Virus record (IMG/VR): IMGVR_UViG_3300012953_003199
Coordinates: 1 to 35,759 of that record
DNA: 35,759 bases
Reading direction: 5' to 3' (one strand)
Source: a virus
Lineage: Duplodnaviria > Caudoviricetes
The first letter of the stretch is position 1. The number at the start of each line of letters is the position of its first letter. Below, in pieces: positions 1-12,600 of this stretch. The position numbers and the translations under genes are program-made. The notes under the pieces were generated by a model. The model was not told the DNA's origin. It was given only the letters and a program-made list of their open reading frames with translations, and did not search any database.

Positions 1-1130
1 ATTTCATCAGGAACATAGTTACCTTGGAATGTAGGAGCAAATATAACTGCCTTACAAGCAGAAACCGTTAGGTCTGATATAAGTTCAGCAGTACCATACT
101 TAAGTGGGTTTGTAATTAACCCAATTCTTCTGTAATCATTATCTACAGGGAAGTCTCCAGCACCTTCATCATATGATAACTTAGCGTTGATCATGGTCCT
201 AAAAGCACCAACCTCAACAACTGCATCATATCCATGTCCATTTGGAGGAGGAATGATAACATCAACTTGTCCACCAGTACCAGTACCGATACCAGTTATG
301 TTGTCTACACTGATTTTACCGAATGTATATCCAGTACCACCAGATGTCACAGTAGCAGATATGATCTTACCACCATCAACAACAATAGAAACACGGCCTC
401 CAGTACCATCACCGTTAATAGCAACGTTATCGTACGTTCCATTATTATATCCCGAACCAGCAGCATTAATTACAACCGTATCAACTTCACCAGAAACAGC
501 ATTTGTCTTCACTGCTGCATTAGTGAAGACGGGCATATAATCATTAGAGAAGAATTTAAGGACGGAAGCAACTGGGATGGTGTACATATACTTCCAACGA
601 TATCCATCACCAGTAGTGACAATGGAAGTAGAAGTACCAGTAGGCTCAACTGTAGAAGGTTTACCATTAGGATCAGAGGGTGAAGTGCCATTATAGATGC
701 ACTTATATACCTGATACTGAGAGTTTACAACATAAAAGTCAGAGTCATATAGTTTAGTAGCACCTGAGGCAGCAGTTTTACTTGGAGAATAGTCATGTCT
801 GTACATGTCATAGGTGAAACCCAGTCCACCAGTAGTTTGTTCTGGGGAAACCCAGTCAATTCTACGAACAACCTGTACGGTATCAGAAGCAAGGACTCTC
901 TTCAAAGATACCATATCATCATAAGAACCCGAAAATTCGGAGAATGAATCTACTGCCTGTGGAGGCGAGTTTTCATTATCCCATGATTGTGGTCTTCCAA
1001 TGAACAGATACACCCTATCACGATTGGCACCAGCTGCCGTATCGGATTGAGTCGCATCTGGACCTTCAAGTGCCTTAATGAATTTTTGCGCCGAAAAAAT
1101 TCTAAATTGATCAGTTAATAGAGCTGCCAT
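1..1130 (-). CDS. gp8: T4-like baseplate wedge subunit gp8 (3' end runs off the window)
   Basis: Not in the ORF track. Hand translation from the ATG at 1130 gives MAALLTDQFRIFSAQKFIKALEG...YLFIGRPQSW...VVRRIDW...YDMYRHDYS...FYVVNSQYQVYKCIYNG...DGYRWKYMYTIP, which are gp8-type motifs. Located downstream of gp25/gp6/gp7. Confidence 0.9.
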   Translation of the reverse strand, partial: MAALLTDQFRIFSAQKFIKALEGPDATQSDTAAGANRDRVYLFIGRPQSWDNENSPPQAVDSFSEFSGSYDDMVSLKRVLASDTVQVVRRIDWVSPEQTTGGLGFTYDMYRHDYSPSKTAASGATKLYDSDFYVVNSQYQVYKCIYNGTSPSDPNGKPSTVEPTGTSTSIVTTGDGYRWKYMYTIPVASVLKFFSNDYMPVFTNAAVKTNAVSGEVDTVVINAAGSGYNNGTYDNVAINGDGTGGRVSIVVDGGKIISATVTSGGTGYTFGKISVDNITGIGTGTGGQVDVIIPPPNGHGYDAVVEVGAFRTMINAKLSYDEGAGDFPVDNDYRRIGLITNPLKYGTAELISDLTVSACKAVIFAPTFQGNYVPDE

Positions 1131-1156
1131 GTCCTAGTGACTATTGTCCTCTTGTT

Positions 1157-1164
1157 TATTTATG
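1157..1164 (-). promoter_or_regulatory. T4-type late promoter (CATAAATA) upstream of gp8
   Basis: The minus strand reads CATAAATA in the 38-bp intergenic gap, followed by AGAGGA. Matches the NATAAATA/TATAAATA gp55-sigma consensus. Confidence 0.65.
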
Positions 1165-1168
1165 TTGG

Positions 1169-4100
1169 TTACGAACGAACAGTTGTTTGATATTCAATTC
1201 GTTTAATTCTATATGATGCACCAGCATTACCTGTTATCTTTTCTCCACCCAAAATTGCTTGTGCTATAGCACCATTAGGAGTGGAAGCAAACTTACCATC
1301 AGAGATATTATTGGATGCATCTGTGAAAAGAATGAATGGGTGAGCTTTATAGGAGTTATCTATTATTTGCTTGTAACCATACCCTCCATTCGTAATATTG
1401 ATAGAAGCAACTTGGTCTGCTGCAGTTGTCATATTGACAGTAGCAGTTGCTTGTATATCTCCCATAGCACCACCCCAAGCAATAGTTTCACTATTCCTAC
1501 TTTCAGTGGCAGGGGAAGTTGGACCTTGGATCTCTAATAATGGAGTAGCACTATAGTTTTGACCAGAATCCTGAATAACAAAGTCAATGATTGATGAATC
1601 ATGAGAGAATTCATAAAGATAACCAGCAATACCAACGTTGATATTACCTGTGTTATATGGTGTAATATCCTTAAGTGTAAGAATACCATTTGAAGGATCC
1701 CATGATACACATGTTCCCCTAACTCCAGAAATAGCACCAGTTACAAGTTCATCAACACCGTAGTTTTGTCCGTTGTTATCTGAACCCAATTCAACATATA
1801 CTTTAACAAGTGCTGTATGATCTACACCATCACTTAGACCACCTGCACCTGTAACTGTTGCATACTTAAATGGTATATCTGCGTCCTTAATATTGTCTCC
1901 AACTTGGAATAGAGTAGTATTCTGACCACCAAGAGTTTCTTCAATACCATATAATGATGTATGGATACCACCATCAAGACTAATTTGATTGAGGAAATCT
2001 GTTCCTGTATTTACCAAATCAGGAATACCATCACCAACTGGTGGACCTGCAGGTATAAGATCTTGGAATGCTTTATCTTGTATAGATGAAATAGGAACTG
2101 TTAATGTTGTAATAACACTTCCAGTAGAATCTACAATAACGTGAGGATCAAATCCACTTGGTGCACTATCAGCAACTCCAGCATCAAACTGTACGATTGC
2201 ATCTTGTGTAGAAGGTAGACCACCATCAATATATGCTAATTCATCAATTTCAAATGTAACTAACAGTGCTCTTGAAATTGGATCCCAGTCATACACCTTA
2301 GCAACTTTGTTACCTGAGTTTTCAACCTTTCTGATAACTCTGTCACCAACATTAAACTTATAGTTTGAACTACCATCTGCATTATTCTGTCCAGCATCAA
2401 GAACAATACGCTGATCATAATTGAAGTTTACACCTCTTGTTAAACCTGAGAACTTACCAGCAGATTTAGAAGTATAAGAAATAGTTTCTGTACCTACAAT
2501 AATCTTACCTGAACCTGGATATGCATCAGTAGAATCAACATACACATTAGTATCAGAAGCACCAAGTGCTTTAACCAATCCAGTTAAGTAAATTGCAGAA
2601 GAGTTAAATGCCTGTCTTGCTCTTGTTTTACGCTTAAGATTAACAAGTTTTGTAAATATAATATTTGGTGAAGATGTATATCCTACACCTGGTTCAATAA
2701 CCTCAATACCAGTTATAGCACCCTGACTGATAGTTGCCCTTGCTTTAGCACCTAATCCTCCACCACCAGTAACTAAAATATATGGAGGTTCTTGATAATA
2801 TTCACCAGGATTTACAACAGAAATACTTGAAACCTTACCAAGTTTATCAATTTCAGCAGCACCTTGAGCACCTTGTCCACCACCACCCTCAAATATAAGA
2901 GTTGGTGGGGTAGCATAATCTCTACCAACACTGGATAATGATAAACCAGTAACTGTTTGTACAACAGGGTTACCAGTACCACCAGTACCTCCACCACCTA
3001 AAATTCTTGCAGTTGCAGAACCAAAATAATTATCACCCTTTTGGGTCATCTTAATATAAGAAAGTTGACCAGGTGTAGTTGTACTTAATACAATCTCACC
3101 TTCAGCACCCTCTGGGAATACTGATGGCATTTGTGGTACTGTACTACCTTCAAATATAGGAACACCGTAATATTTTAAACCAATAGCATAAGGATATACA
3201 GGATTACCTGAACCATCCTCAGTCATAAAGTATGCAAAAGTTCCATTTGGATACTCAGGAGTTACAGCAAATTTACCATTATACTCATCAAGAGTACCAG
3301 TAGAAGTATCCCAAATATAATCTTGTGTTAGATCTCCAAGAATATAACCACCCTGAACAGTTCTAACTCCTAAATTAGTTGTTGAATATCCGAAAGTATA
3401 GAGAGCAGGTGGAGCATCTACAGGAACTGTATATCTCATCTCTCTAGTAGTTGCTAACTGGAAACCACTTATATAAGACGTGTATGTTACTTCAGAACCA
3501 TTAATATAATACTTAACTCCTTGACCTGTATAAAGATATGCTGTATTTCCTAAATCACTTGGATTACCAGTAGAGTGCCAACCATTTTCTGTAGTAGAGA
3601 GTAGTAGATGGTTTACACTTGGTTGATCATCATTACTTGAATCATTCTGTTGGAAGACATAAGTCTTTCCTCGTTTTAAATCTAAGAAGTTAGGTCTTGC
3701 ACCATCAAATAAGAATTGCCCACCTGATACAGTAACAACATAAGTGACTGTAGTTGCAGTAGTTATTTCAGGACGAGCACCTGGAACTTCTGTACCAGTT
3801 CTTAATCTATATCCAGATACCTCTCTAGCAACAGCACCAGAAGCATTGTATCCCCAAGGTCCATAAATTGGATATCCATCATAGGACATACCCAATATCT
3901 TAGAGTGACCATCTACATGTCTTGAATAATCAGGACCAGTAGCAAAGAAATCTGTAATGTAATAATCGTTATCTGGTGTATGTGCTTCGACAGTAGGGTC
4001 TAAGATCATATAACCTTCATCACCTTCATACCCAGACATATATCTGTGATTCTTACAGTAATAATAAATGCGATTAGTTTCATCGCTATTCATTATGAAT

Positions 4101-5437
4101 AGAGGTTGTAATTCAGTTTCATAGTCTACAGATGGTGCAGAACTTGCACCTGTACTGTTATAGTAAAGAGTACCACTATTCAATAAACCATCCTGTGTCG
4201 TACTGAATTGCATAGGATGACCATCAGTATGATGTGATCCAGGAGAGTTAGTAGGATCTGATTGATCCCATTTAATTAAATAATTTGCTTGTACCTTAAT
4301 ATTTTCTGGTGAGAAATAGTATTGTCCAGGAACAAATGCACCAAATTCTGCAGCATCAGCACCAAAATCAATATAAAATATTCCGTTAACAAAGTTATAT
4401 GGAGCAGCACTAACTGTAAATGAAAATCCTGTAGATCCTAAGAACTTATCACCTTCAGCAAAATCACCACTGGTTGCTCTTAAATATATTCTTGTTACTT
4501 GATTTGTATTATCTTTTACTACTTTAGCAACTGTACCTTGAGCATTACCACCAATCTCATCTACAATTCTTCCAACTTCCACTTCCCCTAAAGTCTGATC
4601 AACTTGGTTGACCGTTAACATTATATTATCAAATTCTACTTTAATCTTCCAAGTAAATACCTGTAATTTACCCCAATCAAATACACCATTCTTTAAAGCA
4701 AACTCATTAATAGATTTACTTGATTGATAATATTGAATGTTACTATCAACTATAGTGTCATAGGCACTTGTATTTTTTATATAATCATACTTAACAGTGT
4801 CAATAGAAAATCCTACTGGAACATTACTAATAGCACCCCATTCTGGAGTATGTAATAATCCACCATTTGCTAATACACCAGTTACTTTATTTGTTTGTTC
4901 TTCTCTTGCTCCAGGATTAGGTACATCTTTACCACCCCTGTAAATAAATTTTTGATTAAAAGTTCTATCGACTAAAGGACCACCACCAGGAATTCTTTCT
5001 GTTTCAAGTGGAGTTGGTTTTGGATGATTGTCAGCAACAATCGTAAGTCTATCAGTCTTCTTAGGAGGAGTATCACTTGTTAAATCAAACGTAGCAGTAG
5101 TAGGAGAGTTTGGATGTGACTGCCATATTTTATTAACATCAAATGATGCTACTACATTTGGTGTTTCATCTTGAGGAACGATCTGTAATCTTAAAGGATC
5201 GTATCCTCTTCCTCGATTTAAAACCCTAACATGAATTATCTGCCCTGAATCATTATCGATAATAGGGTACAGTAATGCTTCAACATCTGGAGTACCACAC
5301 CCTTGTATAGTTAACCGAGGGGGATCATCCGATGAATAACTATTACCACCGTTTGTTACCTTTACCGCACGAACTCCAAATATCTCATCAAAAATTGGTT
5401 CAATTACGGCACCAGAACCAGGAACTGTTCTTGCCAT
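1169..5437 (-). CDS. Large virion structural protein (1422 aa) with Gly-rich GxGY repeats, a split YHYH-like domain and cupredoxin-like domains
   Basis: YHYH-family motifs HSKILGMSYDGYPIYGPWGY, LDEYNGKFAVTPEYPNG and PVYPY. Type-1 Cu-like motif GHPM...YYYCKNHRYM. Several GxGY repeats. Sits in the baseplate cluster. Confidence 0.75.
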   Translation of the reverse strand: MARTVPGSGAVIEPIFDEIFGVRAVKVTNGGNSYSSDDPPRLTIQGCGTPDVEALLYPIIDNDSGQIIHVRVLNRGRGYDPLRLQIVPQDETPNVVASFDVNKIWQSHPNSPTTATFDLTSDTPPKKTDRLTIVADNHPKPTPLETERIPGGGPLVDRTFNQKFIYRGGKDVPNPGAREEQTNKVTGVLANGGLLHTPEWGAISNVPVGFSIDTVKYDYIKNTSAYDTIVDSNIQYYQSSKSINEFALKNGVFDWGKLQVFTWKIKVEFDNIMLTVNQVDQTLGEVEVGRIVDEIGGNAQGTVAKVVKDNTNQVTRIYLRATSGDFAEGDKFLGSTGFSFTVSAAPYNFVNGIFYIDFGADAAEFGAFVPGQYYFSPENIKVQANYLIKWDQSDPTNSPGSHHTDGHPMQFSTTQDGLLNSGTLYYNSTGASSAPSVDYETELQPLFIMNSDETNRIYYYCKNHRYMSGYEGDEGYMILDPTVEAHTPDNDYYITDFFATGPDYSRHVDGHSKILGMSYDGYPIYGPWGYNASGAVAREVSGYRLRTGTEVPGARPEITTATTVTYVVTVSGGQFLFDGARPNFLDLKRGKTYVFQQNDSSNDDQPSVNHLLLSTTENGWHSTGNPSDLGNTAYLYTGQGVKYYINGSEVTYTSYISGFQLATTREMRYTVPVDAPPALYTFGYSTTNLGVRTVQGGYILGDLTQDYIWDTSTGTLDEYNGKFAVTPEYPNGTFAYFMTEDGSGNPVYPYAIGLKYYGVPIFEGSTVPQMPSVFPEGAEGEIVLSTTTPGQLSYIKMTQKGDNYFGSATARILGGGGTGGTGNPVVQTVTGLSLSSVGRDYATPPTLIFEGGGGQGAQGAAEIDKLGKVSSISVVNPGEYYQEPPYILVTGGGGLGAKARATISQGAITGIEVIEPGVGYTSSPNIIFTKLVNLKRKTRARQAFNSSAIYLTGLVKALGASDTNVYVDSTDAYPGSGKIIVGTETISYTSKSAGKFSGLTRGVNFNYDQRIVLDAGQNNADGSSNYKFNVGDRVIRKVENSGNKVAKVYDWDPISRALLVTFEIDELAYIDGGLPSTQDAIVQFDAGVADSAPSGFDPHVIVDSTGSVITTLTVPISSIQDKAFQDLIPAGPPVGDGIPDLVNTGTDFLNQISLDGGIHTSLYGIEETLGGQNTTLFQVGDNIKDADIPFKYATVTGAGGLSDGVDHTALVKVYVELGSDNNGQNYGVDELVTGAISGVRGTCVSWDPSNGILTLKDITPYNTGNINVGIAGYLYEFSHDSSIIDFVIQDSGQNYSATPLLEIQGPTSPATESRNSETIAWGGAMGDIQATATVNMTTAADQVASINITNGGYGYKQIIDNSYKAHPFILFTDASNNISDGKFASTPNGAIAQAILGGEKITGNAGASYRIKRIEYQTTVRS

Positions 5438-5442
5438 TTATA

Positions 5443-6666
5443 TTAAGCTACGTTAATTGTGCCATTCATGGCAGCGTGTAATGTACACTGATAATACAGT
5501 GTAGAAGGAGCGTCCATAGGGACAGTCCAGTATAATACTGTAGTTCCACTACCACTTTGACCAGTAGTGTAAGGAGTTCCAGCTAAACCCTGTGTACTCT
5601 GAATCCTAAATGGATGACCACCACCTTGAATTGAGTTATCAAATGCGTATGTAAATCCTTTATATACCGTAAAGGCAGGATCATTTACAACACCATTGAA
5701 TCCTGGTCCAGAGACTGTATAATCTCCAGTTCCCACTGCATTCAATTCAAACCAAATAACAGGACTCCTTGTTGGTTTCCAAAGAGCACCGTCATAGAAT
5801 AACGAATCTCCTTGAGTAATACCAGCAACGTTACTGTCAGTTAGACCAGCAAATGACGTTGTTAGAGTTCCAGAGAAATCGACTGTAAGTGTATCTCCAG
5901 CAACAGAAGTGGTAATATTTGTTCCACCAGCAATAGTCAATGTATCTGTTTGAGTATTTGCTGTTGTATTACCAGAGTCTCCAGCAACAGTAGCAAATAG
6001 GTTAATAGATGCAATACCAGATGCATCATCACCAGGTTTCCACTTACTTGCAGTAGAATCCCATTTTAAAACTTGATTATTAGTAGGAGCAACAGTAGTT
6101 GTATCAACGTCTACTAAATCATTAGCACCTGAATATTGTGTTAAAAGTTTTGCTTTTGTATTACCTACACCACCAGCAGTGATATTAATATTAACATAAG
6201 GGTTGTCATCACCACTTATAGTATAAAAAATTCCTCTATAGTCTGCCTCAGCAGGAGCAACACCTGAACTTGCATATTCGTTTTTATACTTTACTTTAGT
6301 CGGAAAATCGATATCTCCCGTCGTACCATTAAAACTATTAGTAATACCCCCAACACCGAGAGTAAGATTTCCTGTTCCGTTGGTAGCGATATTAATGTTT
6401 CCATTAGACGTTGATATGATAGAACTTCCATTTACGTCTAAGTTAGCAGTTAAATTTGTATAATCTGAAGGTAAAAATGTTGATCCATTATAGCGTAAGA
6501 CCTGTCCCGTCGCAGGGTTAGTGGTATTAACAGTTAATGTTGTACCATTACCTAACGCGGAATAGACTTCTGTGAAATTGTCGTTAATCTTGTCTCCACC
6601 CGCACGAAGGGTATCACCCGTATTATCGTTCGCAATAGTTCCAAGACTTAATGATTGTTTAGCCAT
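5443..6666 (-). CDS. Baseplate-attached fibre/connector with a gp9/gp10-like N-terminus and a C-terminal cupredoxin-like domain (407 aa)
   Basis: The N-terminus GTIANDNTGDTLRAGGDKINDNFTEVY is the T4 gp9/gp10-type motif. Fibre-type repeats GQVLRYNG, NQVLKWDS..KWKP and LFYDGALWKP. C-terminal GHPF...LYYQCTLHAAMNG. Confidence 0.75.
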   Translation of the reverse strand: MAKQSLSLGTIANDNTGDTLRAGGDKINDNFTEVYSALGNGTTLTVNTTNPATGQVLRYNGSTFLPSDYTNLTANLDVNGSSIISTSNGNINIATNGTGNLTLGVGGITNSFNGTTGDIDFPTKVKYKNEYASSGVAPAEADYRGIFYTISGDDNPYVNINITAGGVGNTKAKLLTQYSGANDLVDVDTTTVAPTNNQVLKWDSTASKWKPGDDASGIASINLFATVAGDSGNTTANTQTDTLTIAGGTNITTSVAGDTLTVDFSGTLTTSFAGLTDSNVAGITQGDSLFYDGALWKPTRSPVIWFELNAVGTGDYTVSGPGFNGVVNDPAFTVYKGFTYAFDNSIQGGGHPFRIQSTQGLAGTPYTTGQSGSGTTVLYWTVPMDAPSTLYYQCTLHAAMNGTINVA

Positions 6667-6686
6667 TACTCGCTACAATTTTTAGT

Positions 6687-6694
6687 TATTTATA
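6687..6694 (-). promoter_or_regulatory. T4 late promoter TATAAATA
   Basis: Perfect TATAAATA on the minus strand, overlapping the gp7 stop codon, 20 nt upstream of the ATG at 6666. Confidence 0.8.
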
Positions 6695-9600
6695 AAGGTG
6701 TTTCAGGGTCTACTGCTTCTTCTCCATATAGACTTAAGTCTGGAGCAGTCCAATCATCAGGAACTGATGTTTCAACAGCAATAGTTGGGTTTGAATATCC
6801 AGAACCAACGTTACTAACTTCAACTCCAGCAACACCAACCAGAGCTCGTATAGAACCCTCAAATCCAGATATAGAGTCAATCCTTACGGATGGTCTGGTA
6901 GTATATCCAGATCCACCTGAGGTTACTTGAACATCTCTGATTGTACCAGAGGTTAGATTTGCATTTGCAATCGCACCTGAACCGAATACAGATCCAAGAT
7001 AATCGAAGGTGATTAATGAGTTGGAAGATTCAATAACAGCAACTTCTCTGTCTGAAGTCTCACCTTGGATATCAATAAAGTCACCTGGTTCGACTGGAGG
7101 TACGACCTCAGCAGCGTCAACGTCTGCCTCAGAACCAACGTATGAGAATGCAACGAATGTTGAACCTACACGTGGAATCTCAGAGAATAATATCCTTGAA
7201 CCAACAATCTCAAATCCAATTCCAGGTTCCTGTATAACACCATTCAGTGAAACGATGATGTTATTTTCTGGACGTATGGTGGAAGATTGTACACCATCAG
7301 TTAGCGTTAGTGAGTAGAATACGTCATTACGCTTGAGGTTGAATGATTGACGTAAGGAGTCGAACTCGAATGAAATATCATCCAACTGTCTCAACTTACC
7401 TACGTAGAATCCTGTGAAGGACGCACCTAAATCTGGTGCCTCTTGGAACTGAATAGTATCAGAGAACGCTGTATATGCGTTAGATGCACCTGGAGGTTGT
7501 AGAATACCATTAATGAATACAAGTAAGTGTCCTGCAGGATCTGGTAGGTATGGAGTACCATTCTGCTGAGTTAACTTGAAGTTTGTAGTAGTTCCATCAA
7601 ATCCCTTGAATGAACGCTTAACACGTGCCTTAAGATCTACGATTGAATCAATAACTGATGCGTATCCTTCTGGACCTTTAATAGAATCCTTACCATCAAA
7701 TGTACCAGCGATACTTGAAAGATAAAGTCTCTTATTAATACCAACTGTTCTAATATCTTGTACGACAGCAGCTGCAGCACCAGCAGTAACAACCTTAGTG
7801 TTAATACTTGCGTAACCAATTGGGTTAGAATTACCAAGACCATAGTCACCTACAACGTCACCGTTAGTGAAGGTTCCAAGATACTCCTGCATGTAAATGT
7901 AGTTATTATCAAGATCAATAGAAGTGATAATACCGTAAGTATTCTGATCTTGTATACCAGATACAACTCTGTAAAGTCTATTACCAACAGTGAAGTCAGT
8001 AAGACCACTTAGGACTGTAACACCAAGTCTTATATAACCATTAGATGCAATTCTTGCACCAACGCCTATGTCAAGACCAGCGTATTTAACAACTTCAATA
8101 TATTGTCTGGAAGACTCTGGATAAACAACCGCAGTAGTTTCAAATTCACCAGTAAGAGTTGCAGTATCAACTGTTAGAGTACCACCAGTATTATCTAATA
8201 CAGCAGCCTCTCTTCTAAGGAATCCAGTAGGAGTTGCTGTAGCACCTGAAGTATATCCCTTGAATGGAACGTTATCTTCAAATACACCCTTAAGATCAAT
8301 AACATGAATTCTATCTTCAATAGCACTGATTTGAGCAGTTGTTGAGTTTGTATCACCAACAATGTTATCAGTAATTGCCCAAGGACCATTAGTAATCTTT
8401 ACATCAAGATACTTGTAGTTGGCATCAGTCCAGAAACCATATACAACACCAGTAATTGAAGGTGCACCTTGCTTCTTAACAACCTCACCCATAGTGTAAG
8501 GACCATCTGTAATATCACCATCAATTCTAAATCTTTGGAACACTTGTACTATTTTGCCTTCATTCAAGGTAAGATTTTCAAGTTCACCGTAGGTGTTACT
8601 TAATAAACCGTACATGTAATCAGCATTTTGTATTCCACCACCAACACCTTGAGGAATTGATCTTGTTCCGTATGTCTTAGTTGGTGTTGAAACACCGTTT
8701 ACACTAATGTAATTGGTGTAAGATGTATCAACGGTTAACTGTTGACGAACAATATCAATACAATACCTAACAATTCTACTTACTGAATCTGAATTATAAT
8801 GTGCAGCAGCAGTATCATAGAATGCTTTATAGAAACCAGAGTTAGGTGATGGTGAAGTTAGACCATTATTAAGTGCCTGAGACATATAAGTCTCCATCAA
8901 ATCTAAAGCATAATTCTTAATATTGTACTCAGAGTCAGAATAGAAGATCTTCGCATCTTGAGACTCATATGGGTCTAAAGTATTCTTATTAAGTTTAGCA
9001 CCCCAGACATAAATTCCATCACTATTATTACCAGCATATGTTTGAGCACCAGAGGCATTCTTGACATATACTTGTGATCTTACTGCTGCGAAACCGAAGG
9101 AGAATGTTATGGTGATATATGCTCTATACCAACCATCTCCAAGAGGTACAACACCATAAGCATCACCTGTAACACCATTTTGAGGTGTGAATAGTGAACC
9201 AACAACACCTGTGTCAAGTGCAACATCGAAGAATGCATTCTGAACACTGGAAGTACCATAGTTCAATGACATCATTACACGAGCGTTATCATATTCACCC
9301 TTCTTAAGGAATACTGAATATGTGTATTGCTGTGTAGGTGATGTACCTGAAGCACCCTCGTCAAATCTTTGATTGTCTGCGTCCCACTTAATAGAAGAAT
9401 CATCAAACGTATCATATGCAGATAGGTTATAAACTCTATGAATTGTATGATCTGAGTTAGTTGAAGAAGCAATTAACTTATCAGCAGTTAGAGTTCCATC
9501 AGGAGCAAGTAAAGCATCATCAGTAAATGAAACTTCAGTACCAGTCCAGTTAGTTGAGAATTGCTCTGGGTTAGTGAGTAAGTTAGTACCAGCAATCTGA

Positions 9601-12600
9601 CCACTTACATTAGAAGTAATAAGTCTTGCACTACCAAGGGTCTTAACATTAGTAACACTATCGTACCACTTATACTCAAGACCAATACCAGCATCATCAA
9701 TAGTTGCAGTGGCACCAGAATCATTACCTGTTAATACATCTCTATCCTTCCATTCTGTACCAGTAACAATACTGCATACAAAGAATTCTGTATCGATATT
9801 AAATTCTTGAACTATTGCAGTTCCACCACCATCGGATGTAACTGTTTCACCAACCTTGAAGTTACCAGTAATCTCACTAATAGTAATATTACGTGCAACT
9901 GAAGTCTTAGTCATATCAGTTGTGATGATATCATGAACTGTATCATCTACAATCTGATCAATGAATGTATTATAAACCCAAGCACCAGAACCAAACTGTG
10001 AATTAACTAAGGTTGTAATCTCTTCTTTATAGTAATTTCTATTATAGAGTAAGTTCTTAGCAGCACCTCTACCTTCCATCTTAGAAGGAGCAAGAATAGT
10101 AACTGCAATATCAGTTAACTCTTCTAATCTACGTACAACATCTTCAATTGCTACTGGAGATAACGCATCTGTATAAGGAACTTCATCTGTATGTTGAGCA
10201 ACATATTGTTGTGCAGTTTGAGTTCCATTAAGAGCAACTAAACGATTTCTAATTGCATGCTCACCAATAATCTTGATCTGTTCGATACCATAAACTGTTG
10301 CTAAAAGTTCAGTTTCAATATGATTTAACTGTCCAGCAGAAGTTAAGTAGTTTTCCATAGCAGCAATTGTGCTATTATTACCACCTGTCTGAAGGTCAGA
10401 AATCATACCAAGAATGATTAATTTAATATCTCTCTGACATGTACCTTCACCTAAAGCACCACTTGGATAAGTATGTGCATTATAGTTTACACTATTCAGT
10501 ACATAAGTAAATTCTTGTGTAATTAATCCTGTAATCTCCTCTGCCATATACTTCCTGTTGAAGTATAATCTATCAGCAGCAATCGCATAATCATTAGATG
10601 TAGGAGCAATAATATCATTAACTTGAGTTACTAAAGTATCGATAGCACTCTGAACGTTTGCACATCCACCACCATCTTGAGTAATACCCCAATCACCAAC
10701 AATAATATCATCAGTATTGTCATAAGTTAGATCACCCAAAATTGCTTGCTTCATGTAGTATGCAAGACGATTATGTGCATAGATTGACTGGAATACTTGT
10801 AATCTAATGTGTAGTAGTACATCATTAGTACCAAGATAGAACTTAGCAACATTGGTACTGTTGAGGTTACCACCATCTTCAATATCCTTACAGAACTGTT
10901 CAAGAAGTAATGTTAAGTCAGTCTTACACTGTAAAGTACCATCTGTGCTACCAGCTACGTTACGAGGCATCTCAGTAACAAGATCTGGATATAATGTAAG
11001 CATATCGTGAGATGTCTTATCTACGATAGGACCAGTATTTGAACGAATTAATGCAGCAGCATCTCTAAATCTGTTACGTGTAGTCTCATCAATTTGATTA
11101 GTAACAATGATATCGTTAGTAGCATCATGATAAGAAACTGGGAATGGAACCTCATAGTATGCACTAACTTTACCACCAAGGAATTCATGCTTAGGAGTTA
11201 ACTTAGTAACAGTTGCTAAATGATCTATAGCAGGAGTTAGATTTGCCTGATTGACAGTATCAACTAAGATATCCATTAGGTTATCAATAGTTGTGTATAC
11301 ATCTGTACAATCTGACCAGTTGTAATCTAATACTGTAACAGCATTATTTGCTATAGAAACTAACTGATGAGTATTTCTAATCTTCTTAACAGCACCATAA
11401 TTAGCACTTACAAATGTATGTACAGACTGTGGTAAGAAGGATACAGCGTTAGTTGTAGCACTTACAAATGTATGAGTATAGTCACCACCAGAACTAATTA
11501 CTGCTCTCTTGATTCCATTAGCAGTTGCAGACTGGAATGCGTGAGACATAACGTTAGTTGATGGTACTGCATCAAGAACCTGAACATCAAATGTGTTTGT
11601 AGTAACTCCAGAAATAGTAACCCACTTACCACTAACAGGATCACTCTTTCTTGGATAAGTCTTAGTTACAGTGTTACCATCAAGAGCACAAGTAAATGAT
11701 AGTGAATTATCAGCGATCTTAATCTTCTCACCGTTGACAAATCCATGATTTGCAACAGTAATGGTCATTACACCTGTAGTTGGATTGTAAGCAGCATTAG
11801 TTGCTGTAAAGTCGCTATTAGCACTAACGAATGTATGAGCAGTTGTGTTAGAAGATGTACCAACGTTAACTGTAATTGTGTTACCTGTTACAGCAGTGAT
11901 ATTAACAGCATCGTTATATGCTGGATCGTCAGCAGATGCTCCACCTTGACCATTTGCACGAGGATAAGAATGGTTAGAACCATTACTATCTTGAGCACAT
12001 GTAAAGGTTAAAGAATTATTTGCAATTCTGATAGATGTACCAACTGTAAGATTGTGATCACCAATTGTTAGAACTAAGACACCAGAAGCAGGAGTAAAGG
12101 ATGCAGCAGATACTTCATGACCAATAATAGGTGAAGTACCAACATTAACTGTAATTACACCAGTCTTTCTTCTAAGTCCCTTTGTAGCAAATGACTTGAA
12201 TGTATGAGTTGTTGTATCAGAAGATACACCTACGTTAACATCAAATGTATTAGTTGCTACATTTGATATTTGCATCCACTTATTACTATAAGGATCAGTT
12301 GCTCTTGGATATGCATGATCTGTTTGATTACCATCAAGATCACATGTCATGGTTAAAGCACCATCCAACATCATTACCCAATCACCATTTGACCATCCAT
12401 GATTAGCAAGTGTGATTGTCATAGCACCCGATGCTGGAGTGTATGAAACATTAGTTGGTGTAGCATGTGTATGTCCTACATGCTTAACAGGAATAGACTT
12501 AAGGTTGCCATAAGGATCTGTTGAACGAGGATAAGTCTTATTAGAAGATCCTCCGTCCATTGTACAATTGAATGTTAATCCATTATTTGCAATTGTAATA

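Noticed and set aside
5435-5445. TATAAAT motif before the 1422-aa gene
   Set aside because: It overlaps the start codon (TATAAATG), so it cannot serve as the promoter for that gene, and it lacks the final A.
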